Notes under the pieces: model-generated | What the model was told of the DNA's origin: nothing | Seen by the model: the letters and a program-made list of their open reading frames with translations, nothing else | Databases searched by the model: none | Source: Patellaria atrata CBS 101060 | Taxonomy: Eukaryota | DNA length: 64,000 nt | Assembly (NCBI GenBank): GCA_010093705.1 | Contig: MU006089.1 | Coordinates: forward strand, 2,591,561-2,655,560 | Direction of reading: 5' to 3' | Part shown: positions 36,446 through 49,107 of the stretch, piece by piece | How the letters are laid out: every line of letters starts with the position of its first letter | How positions within the stretch are numbered: position 1 is the stretch's first letter | Translations under genes and position numbers: made by a program

Positions 36446-37886
36446 AACTTCCCGTTGCTCAGGGGTTCCCCCTTTCTCTTATTCTAGTACTTCTTGGTCT
36501 CGCTCTCGGATCTGTCTTGTAAGATAAGCGATGGAATGTCTTTTTCGCTTCTATTTTCTTACGTTCAAGGCACGCGATGCGAGGGGATTGAGTGTTCTGC
36601 TTTTCACTCTTGAGGCCTTTTCTGTTATTGATACCTCACGTCGAGCACTATTTCATTCCAACTCTTTCTTCGTCTCACTGATTACGGGGTTCGGCTCATC
36701 TTATTTCCTAAGCTGGAATGTTCGAAACTTAGTTCACTAGATCTCCTTTCGACCTTCACTCTCATTTTGGCGTCTTAGATCGTTTCGGTAATCTTTTGGG
36801 CGGCGATATGATACTCCGTGCTTATGAAAATGAGAATAATACCCCCCCGTCTTCTCTGTGCTTTGTAATTTTGAGGTGCTTGTTGGTAGAAGGCAGGCGC
36901 GAGCTACTGGTACTTATATCCCAAATGTGACGAAAATTGATGTCGTGGTTAGTTTCTTAGGTTGTAGTTTGGTGATAGGTCACAATAGGATGGTTACATA
37001 TTTTATCTTCGGGAGATTATTTCACTATACTTAGAGCTATACTCACAAACATATCCTTCCACACTTTTTAAGAATCTCATATATAAAATAAACAATACAC
37101 AATATACTTCTCGTTCAAAAATCAACAGTTTGATATAGTTATACTTACGCAAAATACAAAAACCCCCTCCCCCGACACCTTGCACAAACAACGCTAACAG
37201 TCCGATGCCTCATCCTCCTCCCGTCATTGTCGTCCACACAACACCCTTGACACACATCTTTATCCGATAGCCGCATCGACGATCCACAGCACGACCTCCC
37301 TATCAATCCATCTGGCAGCGCGCGGGATCGCGGGACCGTATACACCCCACTCCTCCTCCGGCAGCAGCGAGCCGTCTACTCCCACACCTCGACTCGGGGA
37401 TGCCAGGGGTGCGCGTTCCAGGGATCTCGCGCGCGGGGTGGGGTCGTGGTGTCTGGATTCCGATCCCGAAGATCTGGGGAGGGGGTTAGATGCGGATGGT
37501 GTGAATCTGACGGCGGGGGAAAGGGGGAGGGGAAGGGATGGTCTAATCTTGGTGGGGAGTATGTGATGTGGAAGGGTAGGTTTCGGTGGGATGCAGACGG
37601 CTTTTGGGGTGATGGAGCGTTCCGATGTATTCCTTGAACTGGCATATGCGCTGGAGGCGACGGTGATCGGGGTTTACGCTGCTTGGTGGGTCGTGAACGT
37701 GAACGGGACCGTCGAGGGCTTACCGTCGGATATGGTGCGAGCGGAGAGCGCCGCGACCGGCTGCGCGGTCGTCAGGCGGGGAATGCATATGACCGCGGTG
37801 AAGGGGCCACATGTAAGTCGGTGGTAGTTCGATCCGATCGTTGCGGAAGGATCGAATGTACCCGTCTCGCCCGTCACGGCAACTGG

Positions 37887-38627
37887 CTATTCTGACTCGG
37901 GTTCACTGGAAGAATCTCTAGAAGCGGCCCTTCTGTTAAGAACCCATTGAGCCACTACGGTTTCATCTAATCCCACGGCGGACCAGTGGTTGAACGCGTC
38001 CCAACTACCAGGTCCAGCCATTGCATTGTCGTTCGTGAGCCATATCGTGCCCGTCGGTGTGACTCCACTGATAGGATTATAGATCACGATATCATATGAC
38101 GGCTGGTACTCGCGGGTCCAGTTCCGATTCACGGTCCCAAGTTGCCACACGGTACCCTCTGGGGAATCTAATAAGCTGAGAACGATCCTCAAAGTATTGA
38201 AATCAAAGTTGTCCTCAGCTGTGACCGCGCCTGCTAACTCTCTCCAGGTTTCTTCATCTAACCAACCAAATCGATCTAACCAATTGGAGACGGCATCCAG
38301 GAACTGGGGTGAGTACTTGAGATCCAAGAGCTCCTGGAAAGAGGGGAGTGGATCCGGCCGTCCAGCGTCGTATATAGCGCTTGCGAGACTGATCTCGAGC
38401 GCGTATAAGCCACAGTGGAAATTTTTACTGGGCGTGTCTTGTTCGCAGAACCCTCTGCATATATAGGAATAAAGATTCTCAATATGTTCCAGCTTACCCC
38501 TTAACCGAATCGCATTTTCTGTCTGGTCAATGAAGTCGGGGAAGTCGACAGTTATACAATCACCTGTCTCAGACATGGTGGGCGGATTTACTTTTCCTTG
38601 TTTTTGATAATTATCTGTGCCCGACAC
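37887..38627 (-). CDS. Hypothetical protein with OTU/papain-like Cys-His motifs
   Basis: 246-codon ORF with NFHCGLYALEIS (Cys at 38412-38414) and WLTNDNA...FNHWSAVG (His at 37986-37988). True start not resolved, possibly in an upstream exon. Confidence 0.5.
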   Translation of the reverse strand: MSGTDNYQKQGKVNPPTMSETGDCITVDFPDFIDQTENAIRLRGKLEHIENLYSYICRGFCEQDTPSKNFHCGLYALEISLASAIYDAGRPDPLPSFQELLDLKYSPQFLDAVSNWLDRFGWLDEETWRELAGAVTAEDNFDFNTLRIVLSLLDSPEGTVWQLGTVNRNWTREYQPSYDIVIYNPISGVTPTGTIWLTNDNAMAGPGSWDAFNHWSAVGLDETVVAQWVLNRRAASRDSSSEPESE

Positions 38628-40049
38628 TAATAATTGTGTGTATTCGATAATATCGCGTACACGTGGAGAACAAGGATCGATGTTGACGCTGTGAGATACA
38701 GGCGCTTCAGCTGTATATATAGTCGAGGACGAAGGCGTGGATATGAAGACAATGCCATTATACTCAGGACCGAGATTGAAAGATGAAAGAAAAACAATGA
38801 ATTGAATGGAAGACTTGTGCAGGTTATAGAGTGATCAGCGCAACCAGCATTAACGTAGTTGTGAGAGGGGTTGATGGTCTATTCGAACTTCAAATGTCGT
38901 TAAGCATGGGCTTGAGCTTTCTTGATATAAAGAATTCTTGCTGAGTTCTAAGAGATGAGGATTATGGTACAGATAACTAGAATATATAGTCAGAGAAGAT
39001 AGACCTGGCGCTTCATCGTTGCATCTGTTTTACTATATCGCGCGAGAGACTTGCGTCTACTTGAGATGACCCAAATGCAATTAACATCCTAGCCATGGGG
39101 TTACTGATAAGACGGAATATATGAGACCCTCATATTCGCAAGTCTTTCCTCTCTAGGAAAAAAAGAGTTTTAAGAGCTTACATTCGAAGACAAAGGAGAC
39201 CTGACCAGACAAACCTATAATTGAAGTAAATAAAGAGACTTCAAACAAGACATGACATGTAAACTACTTCTTGAAATATTTCTGCATCCGGTAACTGCTT
39301 GTGTGTAATTAGGGCAGACATTTACCACGTAGGATTTCTGTTCGAGACACGTGAATGCAAGCTTGAAAATCCTTTGTTTGGGTTGTTCTTCCGTCTCAGA
39401 GCGTGATCTAGTCTATAGTGAACATAGAACCATCTGACGGGATGAACTATCTCACAGTACGGTTCTGCGTTGTTTTACCTCATCACAAAGAGACTGATTG
39501 ATCAACCTGAGTCAGATCCAGAGCTTAGAATACACTATACTCACCTACAGTACCAGTATCGGTTACAATGAGTTTTCGTAAGGTGATGGAATAGATGGAA
39601 AAGATAGAATGCTTGACGGATTTGTATTGAAGGAAGATCAAACTACCTCAGAAGCACAAGCACAAGCCTTAACCCGAGATCTTGGCACGAAAGGTCCAAA
39701 GGAATTCTTTAAAACGGCGTGATTTTTTTGATTTATTCCCTTAACGGTAAGTAGAATAAGAAACCGATTTACTTATCTAAATCTCCGAGAAATATCTCGA
39801 AGATTCGTGTGCGACATCAATTTTTGGATAAGGTAGTAGAAATGAAGTTTCTGAATTCTTGATAAAAGAGCGAAAGACGTGCAGGAGTTGTGAATGAAAT
39901 CAGGTGCGTCGCTCTAACCGAAAACGGCTCGGCCTGGGCGGTACCTTGGCCTCCTTCATCCCTAACATCAACCGTCTGGCTTTGTATAGAACAACATTAA
40001 CTTCTCGCTCCTTTGACAGCATGATACAATTACATCTTACTGAGAGACA

Positions 40050-41854
40050 ATGGGGAGTAGCAGTGATGCGGCATTACCATATCACAAGCCAGGCATTGTA
40101 ACCACCCTGATCCTAGGAGCTTTCATACTACTTTTAAACCTTCTGAAACCATGTCATTGACAAAATCCTCTACTGCGGCCTTCCAGGCCAAATATTTCTA
40201 GGTATCGCCTTTGGAATTCCAGGGGCAAATTGGCTAGGTAGAAAAACTGGACATGTAGTCGTTCAGCTTGGATACCTTGGGCTATTGCTTCTTGTCTATG
40301 AGAGTATATCTACTAATCTCTATCTAACATTCATAGCTCTGACTACTCTAGGCGATTTGCTCACATCTTTCGAATAGCTGAATCTGGCGTCGCATTGACT
40401 TATATAACCCTACCGGTCGGACTGTCATACGTCCTTATGAGCTTGAGCAATGCCACTTCACTCCAGGCATTTGCGGCGGGAGCTGCACTATGCTCAACGG
40501 GTTTAGGGACTACTTTCGCTGTCCTTTCCGTTACCAGTTTGGTAACCACTCGTATAGGGGTTGTCCTAACTAGTGCGGCCATGATGGATGATGTTGTAGG
40601 ACTCGTGATAGTTCAAGTGATTTCGAATCTGGGCAGTTCAGCATCTTCGTTCAAGAGCACGACTGTGATCAGACCCATCTTTGTATCTCTTGCATTTGCA
40701 GTAGCAGTTCCGTTAGTAGCTCGTCTGGTAGTGCGGTCACTGTCGATATGGTCGAATGCGAAAAAGAAGAAGAACCCGTCCAGTCGGTTCAATCAAAACT
40801 TACTTAACCCATACGCGGCCCGTATCATCCATACAGCTATTCTGTTAGGTATGATTACGGCAACGAGCTATACAGGTACAGCTAATCTCTTCACGGCCTA
40901 CCCGTCAGGAGCAGCGGTAAGTTGGTGGGATTCCGAGGTAACTCATCCTCAGTCCCGTAATGGGACGCCGCAGACTTCAGAACGTATTCAATTGATTCCT
41001 TGAGCCCGAATACGAGTAGGAGGAGCTCTAGGATAGAGAATCAACAGGAATTTTCCCGCAACCAATCGCCGAGAGATAGCATCCATTCAAGAGCCGATAC
41101 CAGTCCTGATTCGACGAGTGGACCAAACATCTTCCACACGTTCTACACCCAACCTCTAAGACGTATCTTTACCCCTTTTTTCTTCGTAAGTACCCACCCC
41201 ATTCTCTCTCACCCCCCATAAGGTCAACATTGCATTCCATAGGCCTCAATCGGTTTCCCAGTCCCAATAACCCGCATGTTCTCCGCTCCCATCAGCTGGA
41301 AAGGCATCGTCTATACAATCCTAATGTTCATATCCAAGCTCGCCTGCGGCCTCTGGCTAATCCGCACACCCCGGCCTAACTCCCCCCAAGACCATCATCA
41401 ACAAATAGAAAACAAATACCAGGCGCCACTCCCAACCCAACCCCCCTTCTCCAGACTCAACAGCAAGATCTTCCTCCATCGAAGTCCCCGACCGCTCGCA
41501 GAGCAATTCCCCCCGCAAACCGGCGCCAATCCGCTCACACACTTCCCAGTCGCCGCAATAACATCATACCCCCGACGCACCGAAGCCGCTCTTCCTCTAA
41601 CCCGGCCTCATCCTCGGCTGCGCCATGACCGCCCGAGGCGAAATCGGCTTCCTGATCTCCGCACTGGCAGAGAGTAACGGCATCTTCGGCTCCGAGCCGA
41701 ACTCGCCCATCTTCCTCGAAGTGACGGGGGGGTTATCTTGTGTACGGTTGTTGGACCTATCTGCGTTGGTGCGCTGGTGAGGAGGGTTAAGAAGTTGCAG
41801 GGGGAGGCGGAGAGGGGGAGGAGGGATGTGCTGCGGGTGTGGGGTGTGGATTAG
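40050..41854 (+). pseudogene. Cation/H+ antiporter (Na_H_Exchanger, CPA2/Kha1-like), disrupted
   Basis: MGSSSDAALPYHKPGIVT, DKILYCGL.GQIFLGIAFG, QLGYLGLLLLVYE, QAFAAGAALCST, AAMMDDVVGLVIVQVI, PFFF|ASIGF and AMTARGEIGFLI. Frameshifts or stops occur near 40147, 40375, 41000 and 41730, plus a frame change between about 41360 and 41600. Confidence 0.85.
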
Positions 41855-42398
41855 GGGGGGTGATGTGGTGTTATGATGTTAGCACAGTTTATCTGTTCTA
41901 GTCTTAAGTGGGCTCTATTCACTTGAAAGGGGTATATGGCGTATCTGACATGTGAAGATCAACTGCATAATTGGGAAATAAAACAGTAAACAAGCTTCAA
42001 ACGATGCGAAGAGAAAAACTTAGAATTTATCTGATGGAAGGTGGTATCGGTCGAAGGGGGAATGTCACTTTTGGGAGCAGGTGGTGTGGACCTCACTTCA
42101 GTCTGTTTTCAACTTCAGTTCTCGTTCCACTTCGTCCTTAGTTCCGTTCGATTCCACATCAATTACTCCTCACATACTCTTACAACAGACAGTGGGTGTT
42201 TGTTGCCACGCCATATACCCAACATCACTCTCTTTCCGTCTGGTTTGCTAGTGTGTGTGTTTATATCCATCTCGAATACTTTACCCTCGAGTACTTCATC
42301 TTGCCTCGACTTTCTCATCACTATTCTTCGAGCGTCTATCATCAAGCAGACATCGCATCTTCGATCAATACCTCAAACCATACCACGCTTTAATCACA

Positions 42399-43500
42399 AT
42401 GCCAACGCTTCCCAATTTCATTAGTGTGAACCTTGTCGGTTATCAAGGGCCCCAGAGAACTCTTGGACATACCTACTTAAACGTGAGTGACTGGAAGGCC
42501 AGGCGGGATTTGAACGACATGGTTGCCCCTCTCTCCATTGCAGAAGTCGAAGTTGACAAGTATGCTATGGGCACCGATGAAACTCGCGGTCTCAGGGTTG
42601 GTATGAGGCCGAGGGCAGCTCCTACCGTCAGGTCAAAGGGAGGGAAGGCCAGCGGCAACAGTACTGCTAACAATGCTAAAGTTAGCATACCTTCCAAGGG
42701 AAGATCAATCGATACAGTGAAGGATTGGGCCATCATCCCGAAGGATGACAAAGCTCTTCGAGTGGTAGTTCGCGCTGATTCCGACGCAGTCGTTGTCGCT
42801 TACTTCGCTTTGGTGAATCCAGACGATCGCGGTCTCTGCGAGGCGGTCAAGATTGATTTGGAAGAGGTTTTTTTCGCCGCCGAATGCCGCGACGATGCTG
42901 AAACCATCAAGAATAAGCGTCGCAGCGGCTGGCTAGCGATCATTCACAATCATCTACCATGTCAAAACCGAAATACCTGGTCGGCATTCTTTCGTCTCAA
43001 TCGTTTCGACAGTGTCCGAAGTTGTTCAACGTTCAGATCGAGGCGCTCGTTAGGAGCCATACGCGTGGAGACCCAGAACCGTGGATCTCGGAATACGCCG
43101 CACTGTTCAATGGCAATTCAGATACGGTGAATGGTGAACAGTTGGCCCTCAACAAGCGGAATGTTCACGTCATAAAGAAGCTCATTTTGACGGGGACGAA
43201 CCAAGTTTGGCTCGGTACGTGGAGATCTTTGAACGAACAGTTGCAGCCGCAAAGAGCAAGCCGGCCGTACAAAATCAAGGTTTCGTACAGGATCAGGCTG
43301 AGGAGCAGGAAGAAGCTTACGTCCTGGAGGAGGTTGGCATGGAGGAGTGAGCAATTAATGCACATGTAAGTACCTTTTGGGAACGCTTCACAATCAGTTG
43401 CTAACGTTCCCATTGTTTTAGGAGACTGGCGCCAGAGATCTAGAGACGGCCTTCTTTCGGTGTTTTGCGAGTTTTGAGTACTCCTCTTCTGGGAGTTGAA
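42399..43500 (+). pseudogene. Unknown protein, frameshifted
   Basis: ATG 42399 (MPTLPNFISVNL...). Protein-like sequence switches frame near 42960 (KPKYLVGILSSQ...). A canonical intron (GTAAGT...GCTAAC...TAG) lies at about 43366-43421. No family recognised. Confidence 0.45.
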
Positions 43501-45325
43501 AGGGGGAAACACTTGATTTGAGCTTTCTCCGTTATTATGTGCTTGCAAGATTTCAATTGTTCTGTGGCGTAAGCTTCCGAACAATACTACTGTTCCGGAG
43601 ATAGGAGTCTTTTTAGCATGTTGGTTTCAGCACTTTCCTTCAGTACTAGGGAGTTAACTTCAAGAGTAGATATGACTAAAAGCTAATACAATAGAGATAC
43701 TGTACGGATCTCTTCTTCACCAGTGATGTCTATTATCTCACAACCGTACACACCACTTGAGTCATCTCGTATGCTCTAGTTTTGCTATACGTCCGCCGAT
43801 CTACTTGAATCTGACCAATTGGACGGTTTCCGATGTTTCGTACTGTCAGTCATTATGTACGACTGGTATTACTATTCCACAGTTGGATCAGTTATACGGT
43901 TTCGTCAATCATACAGTGGGTTTTGGAGTTCTCTTAGCGGTACCGTACCGTCACTTCTTCTATGGTACGTTCAGCTTTGTTAAGTCTCTGTACACTTATC
44001 GTACGCGACATCGTATAAAGCTTAAGTCGGTCAACTCCACTATTCCCTATCGTTTTTACTGTACTTCTATCATTCTCATAGGTTATAGTATCATTTATTG
44101 TCAATACGATCATACAAAAGTACAATGCGGTCTCCCCTTGTCTCCCTTCACTCTAAGTGGTATTTAGAGCTGTTGGGTACTGTTTATGGATTCGCTGATA
44201 TCGAGTATCGTCATCAACCAACGATGTCCTTGTTACTGGCACGAGGCGGTGTTTCTTCCTTTGAAGAAAAGCACACTCGGTATAGGGTTGTCAGAGCCGC
44301 AATAAACACCAGAAAATCGTTACAAACAGGTAGGAGAGAGGAATATAGATTGTTAGCCCAACCTTACTTAGATATCAACAGCTTCTCCGAGCAGATAAGG
44401 CGTGTTTGCAAATCTCGAGATATCAAACGAACATGCCAGTACACCCCTGCGTCGATTCTTTTACGTTCTTTCCAGACTATATGTATCTCTAATTACCAGT
44501 CTTCGACAATCGTACCTAAAGCATCACACTTTGAGGATCACGTTTTATGCGCTATTTCCACTTCGCTTCGCAGGAAATATATTGACCACCAGATACTGTT
44601 TTGACTTACTCTTACACTGTCTCATACGTCCCTCGCGTATTAGTAACATAGTTAAGTAAGTCATCTACAGACGAAGACCCTACGAGACGAGCACCTTGAT
44701 TAGAGACACAGGAGATAGTCAGTGAATAGAATCCTACGGATGCAGATCTCAAATGCAATGAGGATCGCATAACGATTATCCATATCTGCTACCTAGTAAA
44801 TGAGAATGGAAAGCTCGAAGAGATATGTATAGAGAAACCAAAAAAGGAACTATATGGAGACGATGATGTCGAGTGACCGACCGTATGGGATCGCTACATG
44901 TTCAACTTGGAAGCGCTCGTGCCAGAGCGCTAGATGTGACAATGTAGTATAGCTGTAGTAATCGTATTTTGACTATCTCTATTACTAACTACTAAGTGTG
45001 GAGATTAAGTTAAGGAACAATAATATCGTGGGCCGAATATCCGCATATAACAGCCCCGCCTTGCCAAGCCTCGGCCCGACTATCTTCCGTTTAACCAATC
45101 AGCGCTCAGAGATCTTTTCCGCGTCCGACCCGGCAAAGATCTCTTGCAAATAAACCAAACACTCAGCATAGGAAATACGGGATCAGCATCGTGACACGTC
45201 GTCACACTAGATATACGAAACGATAGACGTTCTGTGGGTTCCAATGAGCTGAATATCGAGACTCTCAAGAACAAGTGTTTATACCTTAACGTCCAAGGTT
45301 TCCCCCAGATATTTTTCTGCCAAGA

Positions 45326-45816
45326 ACTCCGGACATGGCCCGTGCGTCAACGCGGCTTCATTCGGTCATTCCGACATTCCCGTTCCGTCGACGGGCACGT
45401 GACGGGCTACGTCTCCTCGTCAGTCGTCAAAGAGAAACTGAACTTTTCATGCAATCTATATCGCACACGGATCATTAGGATTTTTAGTCCAGATCATGGA
45501 TATTCTAATGGATTGCTCAATTTCTAGCGGCTGAACAAAGTACAAAAAAAAAGAAGAAATCACGTCGTTTGAAACGATTTTGAGCATTGGGAAAGAAAGA
45601 CTCCCGACATGGCCCGTGCGTCCACGCGACTTCGTTCCCTTCACGTTAAAGAGAAACTGAACTCTTCATCAAATTCATATCGCACACGGGTCTTCAAGAT
45701 TTTTAGTCGAGGTTATACATATTCTGATGAATTTTATGATTTCTAATTGTTGAACAAGATACCAAAAAAAAAATCCAAAAAAAATCGTGCCGTTTAAGAG
45801 GGTTTTGAGCATGGGG
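45326..45816. repeat. Diverged two-copy direct tandem repeat (about 265 bp and 217 bp)
   Basis: Both copies share actcc.gacatggcccgtgcgtc, aaagagaaactgaact, atatcgcacacgg, gatttttagtc, an A-tract and ttttgagcat. Copy 1 has about 50 bp extra. Confidence 0.9.
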
Positions 45817-45827
45817 GACGAATTGGT

Positions 45828-45984
45828 GAGCAGTATCCCCCAACGAGGTTTTACTCCCTACTACGGGAGTTTTGGCATTCAAACACATACACTGCTATTT
45901 TATAATCAGCTGCATTACTAGGTCCTGCTGGTCGAGAAACGCTAATACTCGTAGGAGGTAAAACCTCGTTGGGGGATGCTGCTC
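45828..45984. mobile_element. MITE-like inverted-repeat element (157 bp) or long RNA hairpin
   Basis: gagcagtatcccccaacgaggttttac (45828-45854) is the reverse complement of gtaaaacctcgttgggggatgctgctc (45958-45984) with one mismatch. No ORF and no clear target-site duplication. Confidence 0.6.
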
Positions 45985-47678
45985 GTTAAGGTTGATGCAA
46001 TATGTTGAGGTCCTGGAACAGGCGCAGTGACATATCAAGAGGAAAGATAGCGCCGGATGATGCTAATATGGTGGGTATACCATGATGATCAGCTTACAAC
46101 TCAAGATTGCATGGAATAGCGAGGTTGAGATTGAACCCGACTTTGTTGAGTATAGAGAGAATGTGACCGATATCTTGAGTATCTTGATACTAGCTGACCC
46201 GCAACACCTTGTATCAACTTTTAGCCCAATTCTCATAATCCCGTTCTCGTAGACGGGTATAGTTAGTCTACGATATCTAACGGCAAACGAGTGAAGTAGT
46301 TTTCTCAATAGATTCGTCTCTTAAGGTGATAATATTATCTTAACGAGTGATAGTCCTTCCTTTTCTTTACTAGCCGAATTTTAGACTTCATCTCCGCCTT
46401 TATTTTTTCGGTGAAAGTTCTATATATTTCTTACTATTGAATATCTTTAGTGGCATTTCATTCCCCCATAAGCCATTGTAGGTGGAGTTACTTTAAAGGC
46501 ATTTATTCATCTTTTATTCTAGGAAGCCGCTCTCTTTCCTTACCGATACTCTAAATATAAGGTACAAACTTATAAACTCATGTTAATGATTAGGAAGTGA
46601 TCGAGCGTCCTTAAGATAGTGTAATAAAGAATATCCAATACGACGAGACTGAGGTAGCTAAGCAGGAGTGCACATATTCCATCCCAACATTCTCTAGGTT
46701 TCTATCTATATCTCTTATCCAGCAAGCATTTAATAGTCAAGTTCATAAAACAGTACAAGTATACACACACGCACGAAACGGTAGGTAACCAACCCATTTC
46801 ATCCCGCTCCCCAGCAATCGCGCACACCCTTACCCGACTGAAAAGAAATCAAGCACCCATCCCATCCACAAAAAGAACCTAAACCCCAATCCAAAGATAA
46901 ATCAAATCAAAAGTAATAATACCATAATTATGAAAAATAAAAATTAAAAAAAAAAATTAAAAAACAGTTTCCCCCCGCCGAAGCGAGCGTACTCTGTATC
47001 GAATCTGGGACCTTGCGGTAAAGGTAGCGGCGCTGCAGGTAGATGAGGTACCCGCCTCTTCAGCTACAATACCCGGATTTGATGGAATACAGTTCGCACA
47101 AGTGTGTTTATATAACCTGCACGCGCTGGAACGTGGCTTTTTGGGTTTGGTAGTTGCGGTCTTGCATCCATTATGGTCACGATTTCGGTTACGGCTGAGA
47201 TGGGTCCCGTCGCCCACACGTGAGTTTCTAATGTGGAAGATTGGTTTCTAGTACTTGAGATTGAGATGGACGGGAAGCTGGTTTGTTCTGTCTTGACGTC
47301 CATCTGGTGGATCCTTGATATTACATTCAATACTATACAAGACCAATGAGAGCATACATTCGCAGGTAAGATAAACCTATTCTCCTGAACCGGAAGGCTT
47401 TTGGTTCTTCATAGACCCTTTTCCGAGACTTAATCACATGCTATATGTTGTACATGACTTGGACCCCTATTCTTGAATTCCTGCATGGTACCATTACCGA
47501 CCGTTAAGGATATTTTCTCCTAACACACACGGTAAGTTGCCAAAACTGGAACACAGCACGTGGCCACTTTTCTTACATACCCGGCCAGTTCGTTTGTGTT
47601 GCATCAACTACCAACCTACATATTCGTCCGTTTCCAGTCCACACTTCTCCCCAAAACACTTCCTGGACATCAGAAACC

Positions 47679-48566
47679 ATGGACCATCTCTCACTCCTCG
47701 AAACAAAGACTTCGTTACACGCCTTCTTGCTAAAGCCCCAAACGGATCTCCTGGACGAAATGATGGAGAAACTGGAGGTTACGTGTAAAATCATCATACA
47801 GGAAGAGCTGGAAAGGTGAAAGAGCGACCGCATATGCGTCATGCTCTTAGGTACCGGCGAGTTTACACGACCAGATGCTCGCCAAGCTACAGCGGAAATT
47901 TTTGTAAGTTTCCCCCAGCAAGTTCTTGTCGCGTAGTTGAGTGAACGTTGTCAGATTGACCGGTCGTCGCGTAGAGACAATGGCCTGATATCAACCCATG
48001 GCTCGAAGCTAAGGGGCAGTTCCTAGTGGACTTCGAGTGCATACTATATCTAGGGCGGGCGATCCGAGAAGTCGAATTCGACATTCCGCTGAGCTTGGCG
48101 AGGTAGGCGATCGTAGGATGGTCTCCGGCCTGGGATGAAGCGTTCACCGGATCGTTGGACGTATGGACACGGATGGAGATGATCGATAGCGCCACACGCA
48201 TCGCCAGAATAGCCAAGTATAACAATTGCATGGACCTACCGAATCCGGAGAGGGAAGACGATCTGAACCACCCTCATGGAGAGCGCGATCAAGCTTTTGG
48301 GGAGATGGGTTGAGTTTGACGAGCCCGCGTGTGACGGGGTCAGGTTGAATGATGAACAAATGTAGGAGGTCGAGGAAGCTATCAGCGAGCTAACAATGGA
48401 GAGGCTGCTCTCGGCCCTGACCCTCAACGAAGAGCGACAAGGTGCGCATTCGAATATAGCGGACACGTGGGAAAGGGCGCTGTCGCTGTGGAACGCTTCA
48501 CACTGCGCGGAAGAGACAAACGTAACACACGAACATGTTTTTGAAATTGAGAGAATGCTCATGTAG
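47679..48566 (+). pseudogene. Unknown helical protein, several nonsense mutations
   Basis: MDHLSLLETKTSLHAFLL...EELER*KSDR...EIF, then a GTAAGT intron, then QWPDINPWLEAKGQFLVDFECILYLGRAI...LAR*AIVGW...EQM*EVEEAISEL...ERMLM*. Absent from the ORF track because of the stops. Confidence 0.45.
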
Positions 48567-49107
48567 CTATTGCAGGAGTATCGAGAGCTTTATAGCTGAG
48601 GAATTCGTATGTGAAAGAGGACGTCGAGGGTTAAATTGGATGGATAAGATACCTTACGTCACTTTGGACAATTTCTCCTTTTTATCACCATAGCTCCTAC
48701 CCCTTCTACTACCCCAGCAGCACTCCTACCCTAGATTACAAGGGATGTCTATTCTTGAAAGGCGTCGTCTGGGTAGAGACTTCCATCTAAGTAAAGTATG
48801 AGTAAGGTAGTCATCTGCCTTACCTAGGACAAAAATTATAAAAAGTTACTTATAACGACCTCGAGGCACAAGGAGCCTTTAATTCACACATCTTTCTGCA
48901 TTGTCAAGTATATTGTCTCTGTCTATCTTCACGCACCAGGCATCTCCTATATACACAATCCACAAAGCAGCCTGCCCACCCACTGAACGCACCCTATGCA
49001 TGCTTCGAAAAACTCATAAATTTAAAAATCAAATAGCTATGTACAAAACCATGCCCAATATGCACATCCGTTGGCATAGTATCTCCAATTCGCTTAGATA
49101 GAAGTTC

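Noticed and set aside
43757..44659. ORFs of 85-168 aa
   Set aside because: Non-ATG starts, no motifs and no supportable product; may be decayed sequence.
46957..47330. Two overlapping short minus-strand ORFs ending in an A/T tract
   Set aside because: No family signal; a retrocopy or SINE origin could not be supported.
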